64,000 bases of DNA, taken from an uncultured Gammaproteobacteria bacterium (lineage in GTDB: Bacteria; Pseudomonadota; Gammaproteobacteria; SZUA-229). Shown here piece by piece: positions 9,273 to 23,800 of the stretch. Numbering within the stretch: the first letter of the stretch is position 1; each line of letters starts with the position of its first letter. A program made the translations under genes and the position numbers. Location: NCBI GenBank assembly GCA_963721085.1, contig CAVRHW010000004.1:51744-115743 (forward strand), in the 5' to 3' direction. The notes under the pieces were generated by a model. That model saw only the letters and a list, made by a program, of their open reading frames with translations. It was not told where the DNA came from and did not search any database.

Positions 9273-12200
9273 CTACATCTTATTCGAGAACAATAAAGCT
9301 TCTATTTCTTCTGCTGGCAACGGCTTATTAAAATAATAGCCCTGCGCCTCATCGCAGCCCTGCGCGCGCAAATACTCAAGTTGCTCAACTGTTTCTACGC
9401 CTTCAGCAATGGTCTGTAGACCAAGATCTTTGGCCATACTGACAATCGCCGCAACAATAGCCCTGTCTTCCTGGTCGGTACTGATATCACGCACAAAGGA
9501 CTGGTCAATTTTTAATTTATACACCTTGAATTTTTTCAGGTAATTCAGCGAAGAATAACCAGTACCAAAGTCGTCGATCGACATGCGAATACCCATATCA
9601 TGGAGAGTATTCATTATCGAAACAGCCGTATCTGGATCATACATAGCGACGCCTTCGGTGAGCTCAAGCTCCAGGTGGCGAGCCTGGATTTGCTCCTCTT
9701 TCAGTATACGCATCACTCTTTCTGAAAAACCGGGATGACGGAACTGGGTTGCGGACAGGTTGACTGCGACCACCATGGGTGCACATCCACTATCCATCCA
9801 GTTTTTCAACTGGCGCACAGCCGTGCGCAGCACCCATTCACCAATAGGTAGTATCAACCCACTGTCTTCTGCCACCGGTATAAATTCTGCTGGCGAAACA
9901 TCACCTAACTCAGGATGATGCCAGCGCAACAAAGCTTCAATACCAATGATTCGTCCATCATTTATGGAGATCTGTGGCTGATAATGCAAATGAAACTGGT
10001 CATGTTCCAGGGCCTGGCGCAAGGCAATCACCAGATGCATATTGCGTGCTGCACGTGCCTGCATAGCAGGCGTAAAAAAACGATAGCGATCGCGGCCTTC
10101 CTGCTTAGCACGATACATCGCCGTATCAGCGCTTCTCGAAAGTGTTTCCAGATCTTCGCCATCATCAGGAAACATGGCGATGCCGATCGATGCAGTCATA
10201 GACAGATCGTACTGTTCGATACGACAGGGGTTAGCAACAACATCCAGAACTTTCTGTGCAACCTGTGCCGCACCCTGCGTATCACTATCGGGCAACATCA
10301 AAATAAATTCATCACCACCGAGGCGCGCAGCTGTATCCTCTTCGCGCAACACCTGCTGTAAACGACTGGCCATTTCAACCAGATAAGCATCACCAATACT
10401 ATGCCCTAGCGTGTCATTAACATCCTTAAAGCGATCCAGGTCGACAAACATCAACGCCAGCTGCCCGTTGTTACGCTTTGCCAGGCTAAGCGCATACTTC
10501 AGGTGGTCATCCAGTTGCACACGATTGGGCAGTCCGGTGAGCGCATCGAAATTGGCGAGATATTGAATCCGTTCTTCATTCACCTTTCGCTCGGTAATAT
10601 CCAGCGTGATGCCTAACAAATGGGTAACTTTACCTTCTGCATCAAGCATCGGCGTTTCATGGGTTTCAAGCCAGCGACGGGTACCTTTGAGTCCTTTAAT
10701 TTCAAACTCCAGCGTCGCATACTCTCCCTCCATCACACGTTTGTGCATAGCATCGAGTGCATCGCGATATTCGGGCAGACAAAAATTGCCCATACCATGC
10801 GCCCTGGCCTGTTCCAGTGATTCGGCTTCGAGCATAGCCAGGCCGGCAGGGTTCATCTGCAGCAGTTGCCCTGCCCTGTCCACTACCTTGACGCACTCCG
10901 GCTCGGTTTCGATGATGGTGCGCAGATACTGCTCGCTTTGCTGCAGTGCTAGCTCCGCGCGCACGCGTTCTGCTTCACTGGCGTAGTGATCGAGTGCAAA
11001 ACTGATGTCAATAGCCATTTCAATAAGCAGGTTCTGTGCTGCTTCATCGAAGGCATCCGCTTCGCTGCAATACAAGGCAAACGCGCCAATGACAGCACCT
11101 TTGCGATGCAGCGGCAGCGAAGCGACTGATTTCCAGCCGTACATTGCGCCTCGTTCATGCCAGACAGCAGTGGTCGGATCATGCAGAAAATCCTGGCACC
11201 AGATCGGCCTGTTATCGCGAACACTGGTACCCACCGGCCCTCAGTCCTGTTGCCTTGTCTGCGGATATGGAAATTTCAAGCCCGTCCAGATATTCTGTAC
11301 CATCACCAAAAAAGGCTACCGGACTGACCATCTGACTTGTGTTGTCGATCATGCCAATCCAGGCCATTTGCATGCCACCAAACTTGACGGCGTCCTTGCA
11401 GATCTGAGGGAACAGTTCTTCCTCATTGGCGCAACGCACAATGGCCTGATTACATTGACTGAGCGCTGCATATAGCTGAGTGAGCCGCTGAACTTTGGCT
11501 TCGGCAGCCCTTGCGCTCGCTGATGTCGCGGATCACGCCCAGCAGTTTACCATCGGGCATGGTGGTCGCTTTGACTTCCGCAATGAATGTTGAACCGTCC
11601 TTGCGGCGCATCCGCCACTCACGAGCGTAATCAGAGCTGGCTTTGATCGCCTCCAGTGCGGGCTCGATATGGTCGAGTTCGGCCTCGATAACAATATCCG
11701 AAGCGTGTAACCCGATCAATTCGTGACGGCTGTAACCAAGCAACTGACAGGCGCTGGCATTAGCATCCAGGTAGTAACTCTCGGTATCGGCGATCACTAT
11801 ACCGTCCGGCGCATAATCAAAAAGCAGACGGTAACGGGCCTCGCTCTCACTTAGCACTTTTTCAGATCGGTAACGGCTGATCGCAATCGAGGCGATGTGC
11901 GTGGTGGTTTCTATCAATTTGAGATGCTCGGCCTGGGGCAGGCCTGGCTCTCGATAGTACATCGCGAACGTACCCAGGATCTGTCCCTGCTCATCGAAAA
12001 TGGGTGTCGACCAGCAGGCGCGCAAGCCGTGTGGAATGGCCGCGGCTTTGTAATTAACCCATAAGGGATCGGTAGCGATATCTTCAACAAATACTGCTTC
12101 CTTACGATACGCGGCAGTGCCACAGGAACCTGCAACCGGTCCGATCGGCTGGCCATCGACCGCAGCATTGAACTCCGCTGGCAAACTCGGTGCTGCACCG

Positions 12201-12733
12201 TGGCGCACATGAATGCCATCCGGGTCCAGCAGCAGGATGGACCCCAGCATTCCGACTGACTGTTCCTCGATGCAACTAACCAGAGCGGTCAGGATGTCTG
12301 CCAGAGGTTCACCGGAAGCAATCATCCCCAGCACTTGATACTGTCCTGCGAGCAGCGCTTCTGCGCGTTTGCGCTCGGTGATATCACGGATATTCGACAG
12401 GATGGCCAGTTCACCATAAAAAATGATGGGTTGTGCGTAGATTTCTACCGGTAGCTCGGTTTCATCCTTGCGGCGGTGTTCCCATTCGAAGATTTCACCC
12501 AGGGTTTGCAGTTCACCCAGCCTGGTTGACAGGTCGGCTCTCAGCTCATGGGCTGACAACTCAGCGATATTCATCTGTTTGAGTTCTGTCAGGCTGTAGC
12601 CATAACGCTCGACCGCGGTCCAGTTTGCTGCCAGGATCTCGCCGTCCGAGGTATGGATGATGCTGGCATCAAGGCTGGCGTCGAAGACAACCTGATAGTC
12701 AACCCCGCTTAAACTGGATGTGTTCTCATCCAT
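9273..12733 (-). CDS. Multidomain signalling protein PAS-PAS-GAF-PAS-GGDEF-EAL (two frameshifts near 11225 and 11445)
   Basis: The 12733..11450 fragment has PAS domains. The 11439..11212 fragment is a GAF piece. The 11234..9273 fragment has GGDEF (LGGDEF) and an EAL domain (EALLRW, DDFGTGYSSL). Confidence 0.75.
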
Positions 12734-12903
12734 TTATCTTTCCCCTTTTTCCTTCCCTCGAATCCCGACATCGTCGCGATACACAGTAGCAAAGCCAGTC
12801 CGCGGTTCGCAACGACTATTTCACCCGCTCAGGCACATGCAATGATCCATCGCTTGCAAAACCCCATAGTCAAATTAGTCCTGGTGAACCAAAAACCAGG
12901 TAA

Positions 12904-14880
12904 CTAATGTCGACGACTTAGAACACTCAATGCCATCGCCGCAGCCGAAGGATTCATATTAATATCACCGGCAAAAGCAGTCACCCAGTCATCGGCATTC
13001 TTCTTCCATTGCCTGTTCTTATCTATCCTGGATAAATCCTTTAAATTCGCCAGCGCAACAGCATTCGCCGCAGGCAAAGCATCATCATAGATGGGCCTGA
13101 AACGAAATAACAGACTGGCATCCTTATCAGAAGCGTCAAAATATCCACCACTTGCCTGATCCAGGAATTGCGCGTTTTGTTTGTCGCTCAAAGTGATAGC
13201 AAGTGCCAGCCATTGTTTGTCGTTGTTTGCGTAATACAAATCCAGCAAGCCGCGAACAGTCCATGCATAATCGCCCAGACCTGCGGCAACCCCTGCCTGT
13301 TCGCCTCTGATTCGCCGATAGAGCAATCCGGTACTTTTATCAATCAGGTGGTCGCGCACAAATTCGGCGGCTTTGGTTGCTGCGTTTAAGTAAGCTTTAT
13401 CTTTGAGTACTACACCGGCCTGTGCAAATGCTGAAATCATCATACCGTTCCAGGCGGTGATGATTTTGTCGTCCAGGTGCGGGCGAGGACGATGGTTTCG
13501 CGCCCGCATTAATTTATGTTTTATCGAATCCAGAAGTCCAAGCTGACGCTCCGTTAAGCTCTTGCCGGAATAGTCTTCACTGACATGAAGAATATTCAGA
13601 CCGGTAAATTCATTCTGCGGATCTGAATAAATATTACCGTCGTGATGTATATCATAATACTCACGCGCAAACTTCAGTTCTTCCGAAGACAATACGCTTT
13701 TAAGTTCAGCATCGCTCCATAAATAATAAGCGCCTTCTCCATGCTCGCCTTTTTTGTCCGGTCGTTGGCTGTCCGCATCCAGCGCGGAATAAAACCCGCC
13801 CTGCGGCGAGGTCATTTCACGCAGCACAAAACCCAGCGTCGCCTGCACCACATTTTTATACAAAGGCTGCGGATCGATCTTGTACATACGCAAATAAGCT
13901 GTTGTCAACAGCGCCTGCGAATACAGCATTTTTTCAAAATGTGGTACTAGCCATTGCGAATCGACCGAGTAACGATGAAAGCCACCCCCCACCTGGTCAA
14001 AAATACCGCCCTGCGCCATTGCAGTCAGCGTTTTTTGCATCATCTGTTCAGCGCCCGCTGCCATCGGTCCTTTCTGACTCGCGAGCGTCAGCAAAAAATC
14101 AAACATCCCCGGGCGCGGAAACCTGGGCGCATCACCAAAGCCGCCATCACTCTGATCAAAACTGGCGCGGATTTCAGAGAACGCGCGTTTAACAATATCT
14201 TTATCCAGCCGAACTGCGCTTGACCTGGTTTCCGCATCAGCCCTGATGCGATCTGTAACCTGTTTCGCAACCGCATCAACATGCGCACGCTGCTTGACCC
14301 AGAGATTGTGAATCTGCGGCAACAGGTCTTTCAGACCGCGCTGGTTACCGCGCGTCTCCGCCGGTATGTAGGTCTGCGCATGAAACGGTTGCAGCTTGAG
14401 ATTCAGGAACACGGTCATCGGCCAGCCACCGACGCCATAAATTAATTCTGTCGCTGCCATATAAACACTGTCGATATCGGGACGCTCTTCGCGATCAACC
14501 TTGATGCAAACAAAATATTTGTTAAGCAGGTCAGCGATTGCTTTATTTTCGAATGATTCGTGCTCCATCACATGGCACCAGTGGCAGGTGGAATAGCCAA
14601 TAGACAAAAATATGGGTTTGTTTTCCCTGCGCGCTTTTTCGAATGCTTCCTCTCCCCAGGGATACCAGTTCACCGGGTTATACGCATGCTGCAGTAAATA
14701 CGGACTGCTCTGGTTGATTAAGTGATTAGGTTTTTCACCGCTGGCTTTGGCCTTTGCAAGATAAGATTCGACCGTATTTTGTTCCAGGGCCTGTGCACCA
14801 GCGCTGACAAAGCACAGTATTACTGTAAGCAAACACAGGCTGAAAAACCCTTTTATTTCAGCTTTCTGAATTCCGCACAT
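12904..14880 (-). CDS. Thioredoxin-domain protein of the DUF255/YyaL family with an N-acylglucosamine-2-epimerase-like domain
   Basis: Signal peptide, then [13 protein letters not shown]...[20 protein letters not shown], the hallmark of DUF255 thioredoxin-like proteins. Start chosen at ATG 14880 preceded by AGGGA; the longer listed ORF has a spurious N-terminal extension. Confidence 0.75.
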   Translation of the reverse strand: MCGIQKAEIKGFFSLCLLTVILCFVSAGAQALEQNTVESYLAKAKASGEKPNHLINQSSPYLLQHAYNPVNWYPWGEEAFEKARRENKPIFLSIGYSTCHWCHVMEHESFENKAIADLLNKYFVCIKVDREERPDIDSVYMAATELIYGVGGWPMTVFLNLKLQPFHAQTYIPAETRGNQRGLKDLLPQIHNLWVKQRAHVDAVAKQVTDRIRADAETRSSAVRLDKDIVKRAFSEIRASFDQSDGGFGDAPRFPRPGMFDFLLTLASQKGPMAAGAEQMMQKTLTAMAQGGIFDQVGGGFHRYSVDSQWLVPHFEKMLYSQALLTTAYLRMYKIDPQPLYKNVVQATLGFVLREMTSPQGGFYSALDADSQRPDKKGEHGEGAYYLWSDAELKSVLSSEELKFAREYYDIHHDGNIYSDPQNEFTGLNILHVSEDYSGKSLTERQLGLLDSIKHKLMRARNHRPRPHLDDKIITAWNGMMISAFAQAGVVLKDKAYLNAATKAAEFVRDHLIDKSTGLLYRRIRGEQAGVAAGLGDYAWTVRGLLDLYYANNDKQWLALAITLSDKQNAQFLDQASGGYFDASDKDASLLFRFRPIYDDALPAANAVALANLKDLSRIDKNRQWKKNADDWVTAFAGDINMNPSAAAMALSVLSRRH

Positions 14881-14887
14881 AAAATCC

Positions 14888-16986
<2,099 letters not shown>

Positions 16987-17040
16987 TTATAGTGAGCGCT
17001 GCCGCTTGCAACACAAACCTGGTAGCCAGACCGCCCCATC

Positions 17041-18760
17041 ATGTACAACGAGTATTTCGGTTTTAAGGAAGCACCTTTTTCGATTGCTCCCGATCCGCGT
17101 TATCTCTATATGACGCCGCAGCACCGCGAGGCGCTGGCGCATCTGGTCTACGGTCTGAACAGCGAAGGCGGCTGCATCCTGCTCACCGGCGAAGTCGGTA
17201 CCGGCAAAACCACGGTGTGTCGTTGCCTGCTGGAGCAGATTCCGGAACAGGCCAGAGTCGCGCTGGTACTCAATCCGCGGGTCAGCGCGATCGAGCTGCT
17301 GGAAACCATTTGCGACGAACTCAAAATTGAGTATCCCGAAGAAGGCAATACGGTCAAAACCTACATCGACCGCATCAATCGTTTTCTGATCGAAGCCAAT
17401 GCGCGCAATGAAAAAACTGTATTAATAATCGACGAAGCACAGAATCTTGACAGCAGCGTGCTGGAACAGCTGCGCCTGCTCACCAACCTGGAAACCAATC
17501 AGCGCAAGCTGCTGCAGATTATTATTCTGGGCCAGCCCGAGTTGCTGGATATTCTTGCGCGCCCGGAAATGCGCCAGCTGGCACAACGCATCACCGCGCG
17601 CTTTCATCTCAATGCGCTGAGCTACGACGAAGTTCGCGCTTACATTGCGCACCGTCTCGCGGTTGCCGGTCAGAACGTGCAACTGTTTCCGGAAGCGGTG
17701 CTGCGAAGACTGTTCCGACTCAGCAAGGGCATACCGCGACTGATCAATATTTTATGCGATCGCGCGCTGCTCGGCTGTTATGTGCAGAATATTTATAACG
17801 TTGACATGCGCACGCTCAACACCGCCGCCAAAGAAGTGTTCGGCGAATTAAAAAATGTGGAAGACCGTCAGCAACGTAAATACTGGCCGCTGTATATCGC
17901 ACTGTTTGTTGCGCTCTCGGCCAGTGCAGCGCTGGCGTACTGGCATTTCAACAGTACCGAAACAGTAGTGGCATCGACTGCCAGCACAGATACGACAGAA
18001 CCACCTAGCATCAGCCACGGGCGATACCACTGCTGCTATTTCTGCTTCAACAACAGAAACAACTGTGGAGCAAAACCCGAGCTCGACCAGCGCAACCGCG
18101 CCGGTCGAAGATGATTTGCAAAGTTTTATCGCTCAGGCTTCCAGTAGCAGCAAGGCCGATGCTTATCAGTCACTGTTTGCACTGTGGCAGCAAAAATATT
18201 CTGAAGACTCACATCAAAACGCCTGCAGCTTCGCAATCAAACACGGGCTGAGCTGTCTGCATCGCCAGGGCAATCTAAACAGTGTCAAACTGATCAACTA
18301 TCCTGTGCTATTGCATGTATATAACGCTGATGGCAGCAATGCTTTTGTCACGCTGAAACAGCTCGATCAGGGTCAGGCGATCCTGCAATCGGGCAAAACC
18401 GAATTCAGCGTCGCCATTCCCACTCTGGAAAAACACTGGTACGGTGAATACAGCCTGCTCTGGAAAACACCGCCCTTTTACACGAACGCTCTACAAATCG
18501 GCGACAGTGGTCCAGTAGTACAATGGCTGGATCAGCAGCTCGCGCGCCTGATACCCGACAGCAAAGCCACCATTCGTAATGACTATACCCAGGAGATGGC
18601 AACACGTGTTTCCGAATTTCAGCGCAGCGTCGGCCTGCCTGCCGATGGTATTGCAGGGCCACTGACCTTTATTCATTTAAATATTGCGATGCACGAAACT
18701 GCACCGCATTTATTAACACACCAAAAAGAAAGCCAAATAGCATGTCTTATATTCTGGAAG
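17041..18760 (+). CDS. gspA: ExeA/GspA-like AAA ATPase with a C-terminal peptidoglycan-binding domain (frameshift near 18065-18114)
   Basis: MYNEYFGFKEAPFSIAPDPRYLYM...LLTGEVGTGKTT is typical of ExeA/GspA. The C-terminal fragment has a PG_binding_1 motif (FQRSVGLPADGIAGPLT). The 3-prime end is approximate. Confidence 0.7.
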
Positions 18761-19407
18761 CGCTTAAAAAATCGGAGCAGTCACGCGGCCACGGCACAGC
18801 GCCCGGCATTCAGACCGTGCATTCTTCCAGCCTGAACTATCGACCGGCTGCACGTAGTATCTGGCCGTGGATACTGATCGCTGCGGTATTACTCAATCTT
18901 GCCGTACTGCTGTACTTTGTGTTCCATAAAAATACTGGTGCACCGATATCCACACCGGCACCCGTGCAACAGGCGAAAAACACACCAGCAAGCAAAACGA
19001 TTCAACCGGCACAACAACCATCAGCCAGGTGCATCAAGCAACACCGTCAGGCGAACCCAGCACGTCGCCAGGGCTGAGCCAGCGCCCGCACCGCAAGCTG
19101 AACCAGCCGAAACGACTGCTGTGAAAAACACACACAGCCACAGGAAACCGACACCACAGAAATATACCAGGCTGTGGACATCAATCAGCTGCCCGAAGCT
19201 ATTCGCAACCAGATTCCGCCCATGACATTTACTGCGCATGTCTATTCCAGTGATCCCAAACAACGCAGCGTAGTGATCAATGGCCACTACATGGAAGAAG
19301 GCGAAAGCCTGGATGATGATTTTGTATTAAAAGAAATTACTTCGAATGGCGTGATCATGGATTTTCGGGGCCACCTGTTTCGCACCAATGTGATCTCTGG
19401 CTGGTAG
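18742..19407 (+). CDS. gspB: GspB/ExeB-like general secretion pathway protein B (frameshift near 19080-19175)
   Basis: Starts with the MSYILEALKKSEQ signature followed by a TM segment. The C-terminal fragment in another frame is 19174..19407. Confidence 0.6.
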
Positions 19408-19442
19408 CACAGGCTTTAGCATTGATCTGCGCAGCTAAACAT

Positions 19443-20117
19443 TTAAAATTCACACTCTGCTGTCATCACCATGCGCTGTCCTGTTTCCGGATGCCTGAAT
19501 GCCAGGCATTCGGCGTGCAGCAACATGCGCGATTCATGTAAATCTGCTTCATTTCCGTAAAGCCGGTCACCGACAATCGCGTGTCCGAGTGCGCGGCAGT
19601 GCACGCGTAGCTGGTGACTACGACCAGTGACAGGCATCAATTTCAGGCGCGTGGTATCTGTATTGCGTTCGATGACAGTCCAGCGCGTTATTGAAGGCTT
19701 GCCATGCACCTCGTCGAGTATCTGCACAGGCCTGTTATCCGGGTCGCAGCGCATGGCCAGTTCGATCACACCTTCATCCTGTTCCACACGTCCACGAACA
19801 ACCGCGATATAGTGTTTTTCGGTTTCGCGATCATGGAACTGGCGGCTGAGCTCACGCTGCGCATCCAGCCCGCGCGCCATCAACATCACACCTGATGTGT
19901 GACAATCGAGCCGATGCACCACTTTTGCATCCGCAAACATCTGTTGCACTCGCCACGCAAGCGAATCCAGTTTATCCACACCGCGCCCGGGCACGGACAA
20001 CAGGCCCGCCGGCTTGTGCAACACAATCAGCGCCTGATCCTGGTAAAGAATATCGAGATTCATTGTTGGCGATAAAAAACCGTGGTCATAAAAAAACCGG
20101 GAATACTCCCGGTTCAA
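19443..20117 (-). CDS. RluA-family pseudouridine synthase (RluA/TruC-like)
   Basis: HRLDCHTSGVMLMARG catalytic Asp motif; 224 aa. Confidence 0.8.
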   Translation of the reverse strand: MNREYSRFFYDHGFLSPTMNLDILYQDQALIVLHKPAGLLSVPGRGVDKLDSLAWRVQQMFADAKVVHRLDCHTSGVMLMARGLDAQRELSRQFHDRETEKHYIAVVRGRVEQDEGVIELAMRCDPDNRPVQILDEVHGKPSITRWTVIERNTDTTRLKLMPVTGRSHQLRVHCRALGHAIVGDRLYGNEADLHESRMLLHAECLAFRHPETGQRMVMTAECEF

Positions 20118-20134
20118 GGTTCAGCAGTCTTGCA

Positions 20135-20746
20135 CTACTTAAACTGGTTTATCACTTGCTGGGCATCTGCCACCAGTGGATGTTTCGGGTGTTGTTTTAC
20201 AAATGCTTCCAGCGTGGAAATACTGGCTTTTTTGTTACCGGCGCCCGCATAACTAATACCCAGCGCAAATTGCGCATCTGGCGCCAGCTCGCTGCTACCA
20301 TAAGTATCTACAAAATGGTTCAGGGCTTTTATCGCGCCCGGCAGATCACCGTTTTCAGCGATCTGCTGTGCATGGGTATACTCGGTGAGCTGCTTGATGT
20401 ACTCGGGATCCTGCGTGCGATCATCTTTCCAGTAGGGCTGTATCAGGCTGGTTGTTGTCTCCGCCCCCCGAATCCCGGCAGTGACTGCTGCGCGCCTGGT
20501 CTTTGCTTCGTTTAATTTTGGACTAAGCGCGCGCAGGCGGCTCCAGACCTCATACAACAAGCCTTTAAACACACTCTGTTTTTCTGTTGTGACAACCATC
20601 TCTGATGACTTTGCCTGCTCTGTCTGTGTCGCTGCGGCCTGCGAAGTTGTAGCCTGTGACTTTACGTCATCAGCAGCAAACGACTGCGATGACATCAGCA
20701 TCGCTGATATCAAAATCACCACCCATCCTTTCAATCTGGTATTCAT
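20135..20746 (-). CDS. Secreted TPR-like protein
   Basis: Signal peptide plus a C-terminal TPR-like region; immediately downstream of the giant NHL/TPR gene on the same strand. Confidence 0.5.
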   Translation of the reverse strand: MNTRLKGWVVILISAMLMSSQSFAADDVKSQATTSQAAATQTEQAKSSEMVVTTEKQSVFKGLLYEVWSRLRALSPKLNEAKTRRAAVTAGIRGAETTTSLIQPYWKDDRTQDPEYIKQLTEYTHAQQIAENGDLPGAIKALNHFVDTYGSSELAPDAQFALGISYAGAGNKKASISTLEAFVKQHPKHPLVADAQQVINQFK

Positions 20747-20851
20747 AATCTATCTCCGCGTATATCTACTGGAACCGCTTAAGCCCACCATGGCCGATCC
20801 TAAAACGTACAACCCTGAAGAACATTGATATGTATCACAGTTTTAACCACA

Positions 20852-23800
20852 TCATTTACTCAACAGCTTTGCATACGCTTCATATTTCTTACTGACTGTC
20901 GCATCTATCACTTTCGCTTCTGCATATTTCTCACTGGCCTGTTGCAGATTACCCTGTTTGTAATAGGCCATGGATAAATTCATCTTGATGCCGGCATCAT
21001 TGGAGTCCAGTTTTTCTGCATAACTGTAATTTTCCAGCGCGCGCTCATAATCACCCTTACTGAAATAAATGTTACCGCGATTATTCTGTACCGCACTGTT
21101 GTCTGGCTCAATTTTCTGTATTTCATCAAGCTCGTGTTCAGCCTTTTCATACAAACCGTATCTGGCGTAAATAATGGCTATCTGCATACGCGCTTTTATA
21201 TTCGACGGATCAAGATTGGCCATGGTGCGATAAGGACTCACCATGCGATCGAGCGTTTTCTCCAGCAATATATTCTTTTCACGCGTTACCACTGGTTCGA
21301 CCAGTGAAGTCGGCGGCACAGTTAGTGTATAAGCCGCTGGTTTTAGCGTAACCGGTTTATATTCCTTCCAGGCCTGTGCAAGCGTAGTCACTTTGAGCTG
21401 GTGGCTGGCTTCATATTTGTGGTATTTACGTGCACCTTCTGCCCATGCCTCTGCAAACGACTGGCCGATCATGGTGGCCTCCACCGGAACCCAGACCATG
21501 CCATCGCGCAGGGCCAGCAAGTCATCATCCAGGCTGATCTGGCTACGTTTCGCTTCCGGCAGTCCCGTATTGAACATCATCAGCAAATGTCCCGGCACAT
21601 CAAGTATCGCTGTTTCGATACCAAGGTTTTCCAGGCTTGCGCTCATCAGCACCGAAAGGTCGTCGCAATCGCCACTTTTAACTTTCAGGGTTTCACGACC
21701 GAACTGTACATAATCAACACTGGTATCAGATAATTTTGAATATGGGGTATTAGGATCAGCCTCGTATCGAATACCGTGCGCGCCGAACACATCGAACAAT
21801 GTCATCGCTGTGAGCAGGCTGTTGTTAATGATCCTGTCCCTGGGTTTATTTTCATTGATCGCGGTACGGACAAAATCACTCAGCACATTATCCTTCGGCG
21901 TCACAAATGAACCGACCATATCCGACTCGCCCCAGACGATAGCGTTCTTGCCATAGATGGTCATCGGCTGGGTAATGGTGACCGCGTCGTTCTGGCCATC
22001 GCGAATATAGTTGAGTGCAATCTCAGCCTGCACGCCGGTGTCTTCATCGATATCCAGAATCTTGTTATTAAACGAAGCATTGAGTTCAATACTCTGCTGG
22101 CTATTGGCTTTGAGTTCAGGAATATCAATTGTTGTCGGGTAATCCATATACCCCTTGATGGCAAAGGTGAGTTTGAGATTACCGTAATCTTGCGCACCAC
22201 TGTTTTTTATAACCACCGTACCCACAGGTTTGTCGGCATACTGTTTATACGCGGCAGAAAAAACCCGGTTGAGCTTAACTTCCTCGAATACGATATGCGG
22301 TGCGTTGGATTTGAACTCCAGTGATTTCTTCTTCTCGGCATAAGCTGTATCCAGCGCCAGCTTGTTTGCAGGTGTAGCATCAATTGACACCGCTTTGTCG
22401 AGCGCTGCGATGGCGTCGTCGTAAGAACGCGTATGCATATACAGTGCGCCGAGCAGAACAAACGGTTTTGCCGATGTCGGATCCAGCAATGAAGCCTTTT
22501 CCAGAGTTGTTTTAGCAAGATCGAACATGCTGTTCTCAGAATACAGATCACCCAGGCGCGTCGTCAGCACGGCCGAATCCGGCTGCTTTGCCATCGCTTC
22601 CTTGACCAGGCCGATCGCTTTACCATTTTTACCCTGCCTGTTCGCAATATTCGCCTGCAGCAACAAAGGTTCCCATGCATCGGGCTTTAAACGCACCGCG
22701 CTACTGGCAGCAGCATCTGCCTGCTTATAATTCCCGTTGTGGTATTCCGCGTCAGCCAGTTTGTATTGCGTATCATAATCATCGGGCTTTAATACGGCTG
22801 CATGCTCAAGACTTTGCGCCGCTTTTGCATAATCACCGGCCTCGTAATCAAGCAGACCCAGTCGTTGTGCGGCAACAAACGAATTAGCGTCTGCCTTGTT
22901 CGCGCTGACCAGTGCCGGGCGCACCTTGTCTGTTTGTTTCATCCTGATATAGGTGTCGGCCAGCGCCAGCCAGGCAGCGGTATAGTTCGCATCGGCACGC
23001 GTGGCCTTATTTAATGCAAGCAATGCTTCACCGTTTTTATTGGCCGCCAGAGAAGTGATGCCCAGCAAATAATCACCTTCCGCTTCAGTGGCTTTTTGCC
23101 CTGCCAGCCGGATAGCGATGGTGCGCACTTCGTCATAATGCTTTAATTCAAAATGAACACGCGCCAGTGCCAGTTGCGCATCACTATAGTCAGGCTTGAG
23201 TTCCACCGCTTTTTTCAGGCTCACGATAGCTTCGTCGTGCTTACCCATCCCTTCAAGCAGGTTACCGTTTTGATACCAGACTTCCGCGTTCTTCGGGTCC
23301 AGTGATACTGCTGTTTTGAATTCCTTGAGCCCCTTGTCGATAATGCCAAGTTTGACGTAGGCCTGACCCATTAAAAAATGCGCCTTGATATTATCGGGTT
23401 GTTTTTTCAGTGCAGTTTCCAGACAATTCACAGCACCGATAGCATCGTCAAGCTTCATGCTTAACTCGCCGCAATAAACAATGGTGTCGACGCTGGCGGT
23501 ATTATCTGCGATAGCACGATCGATCACTGCTTTTGCCGCCACATAATCTTTCACCGCAACCAGTGCTTTTACCTGCAGGTTGCGGCCTTCCGCTTCGTAG
23601 CCAGGCATCTGTGTGAGTTCGCGGAAATATTCTACTGCTTCCTGCACCTGGCCCAGCTGCATCGAAGTCTGGCCAAGATATTTCAATAATGCGCCATTGT
23701 TATGATCTTCGTCATATGCTTTTTTGAACGCTACCATCGCGTCGTCATATTTCTTATCAGCAAACAACGCGTAGCCGACCTGGAATATATCTTCGCGAAT

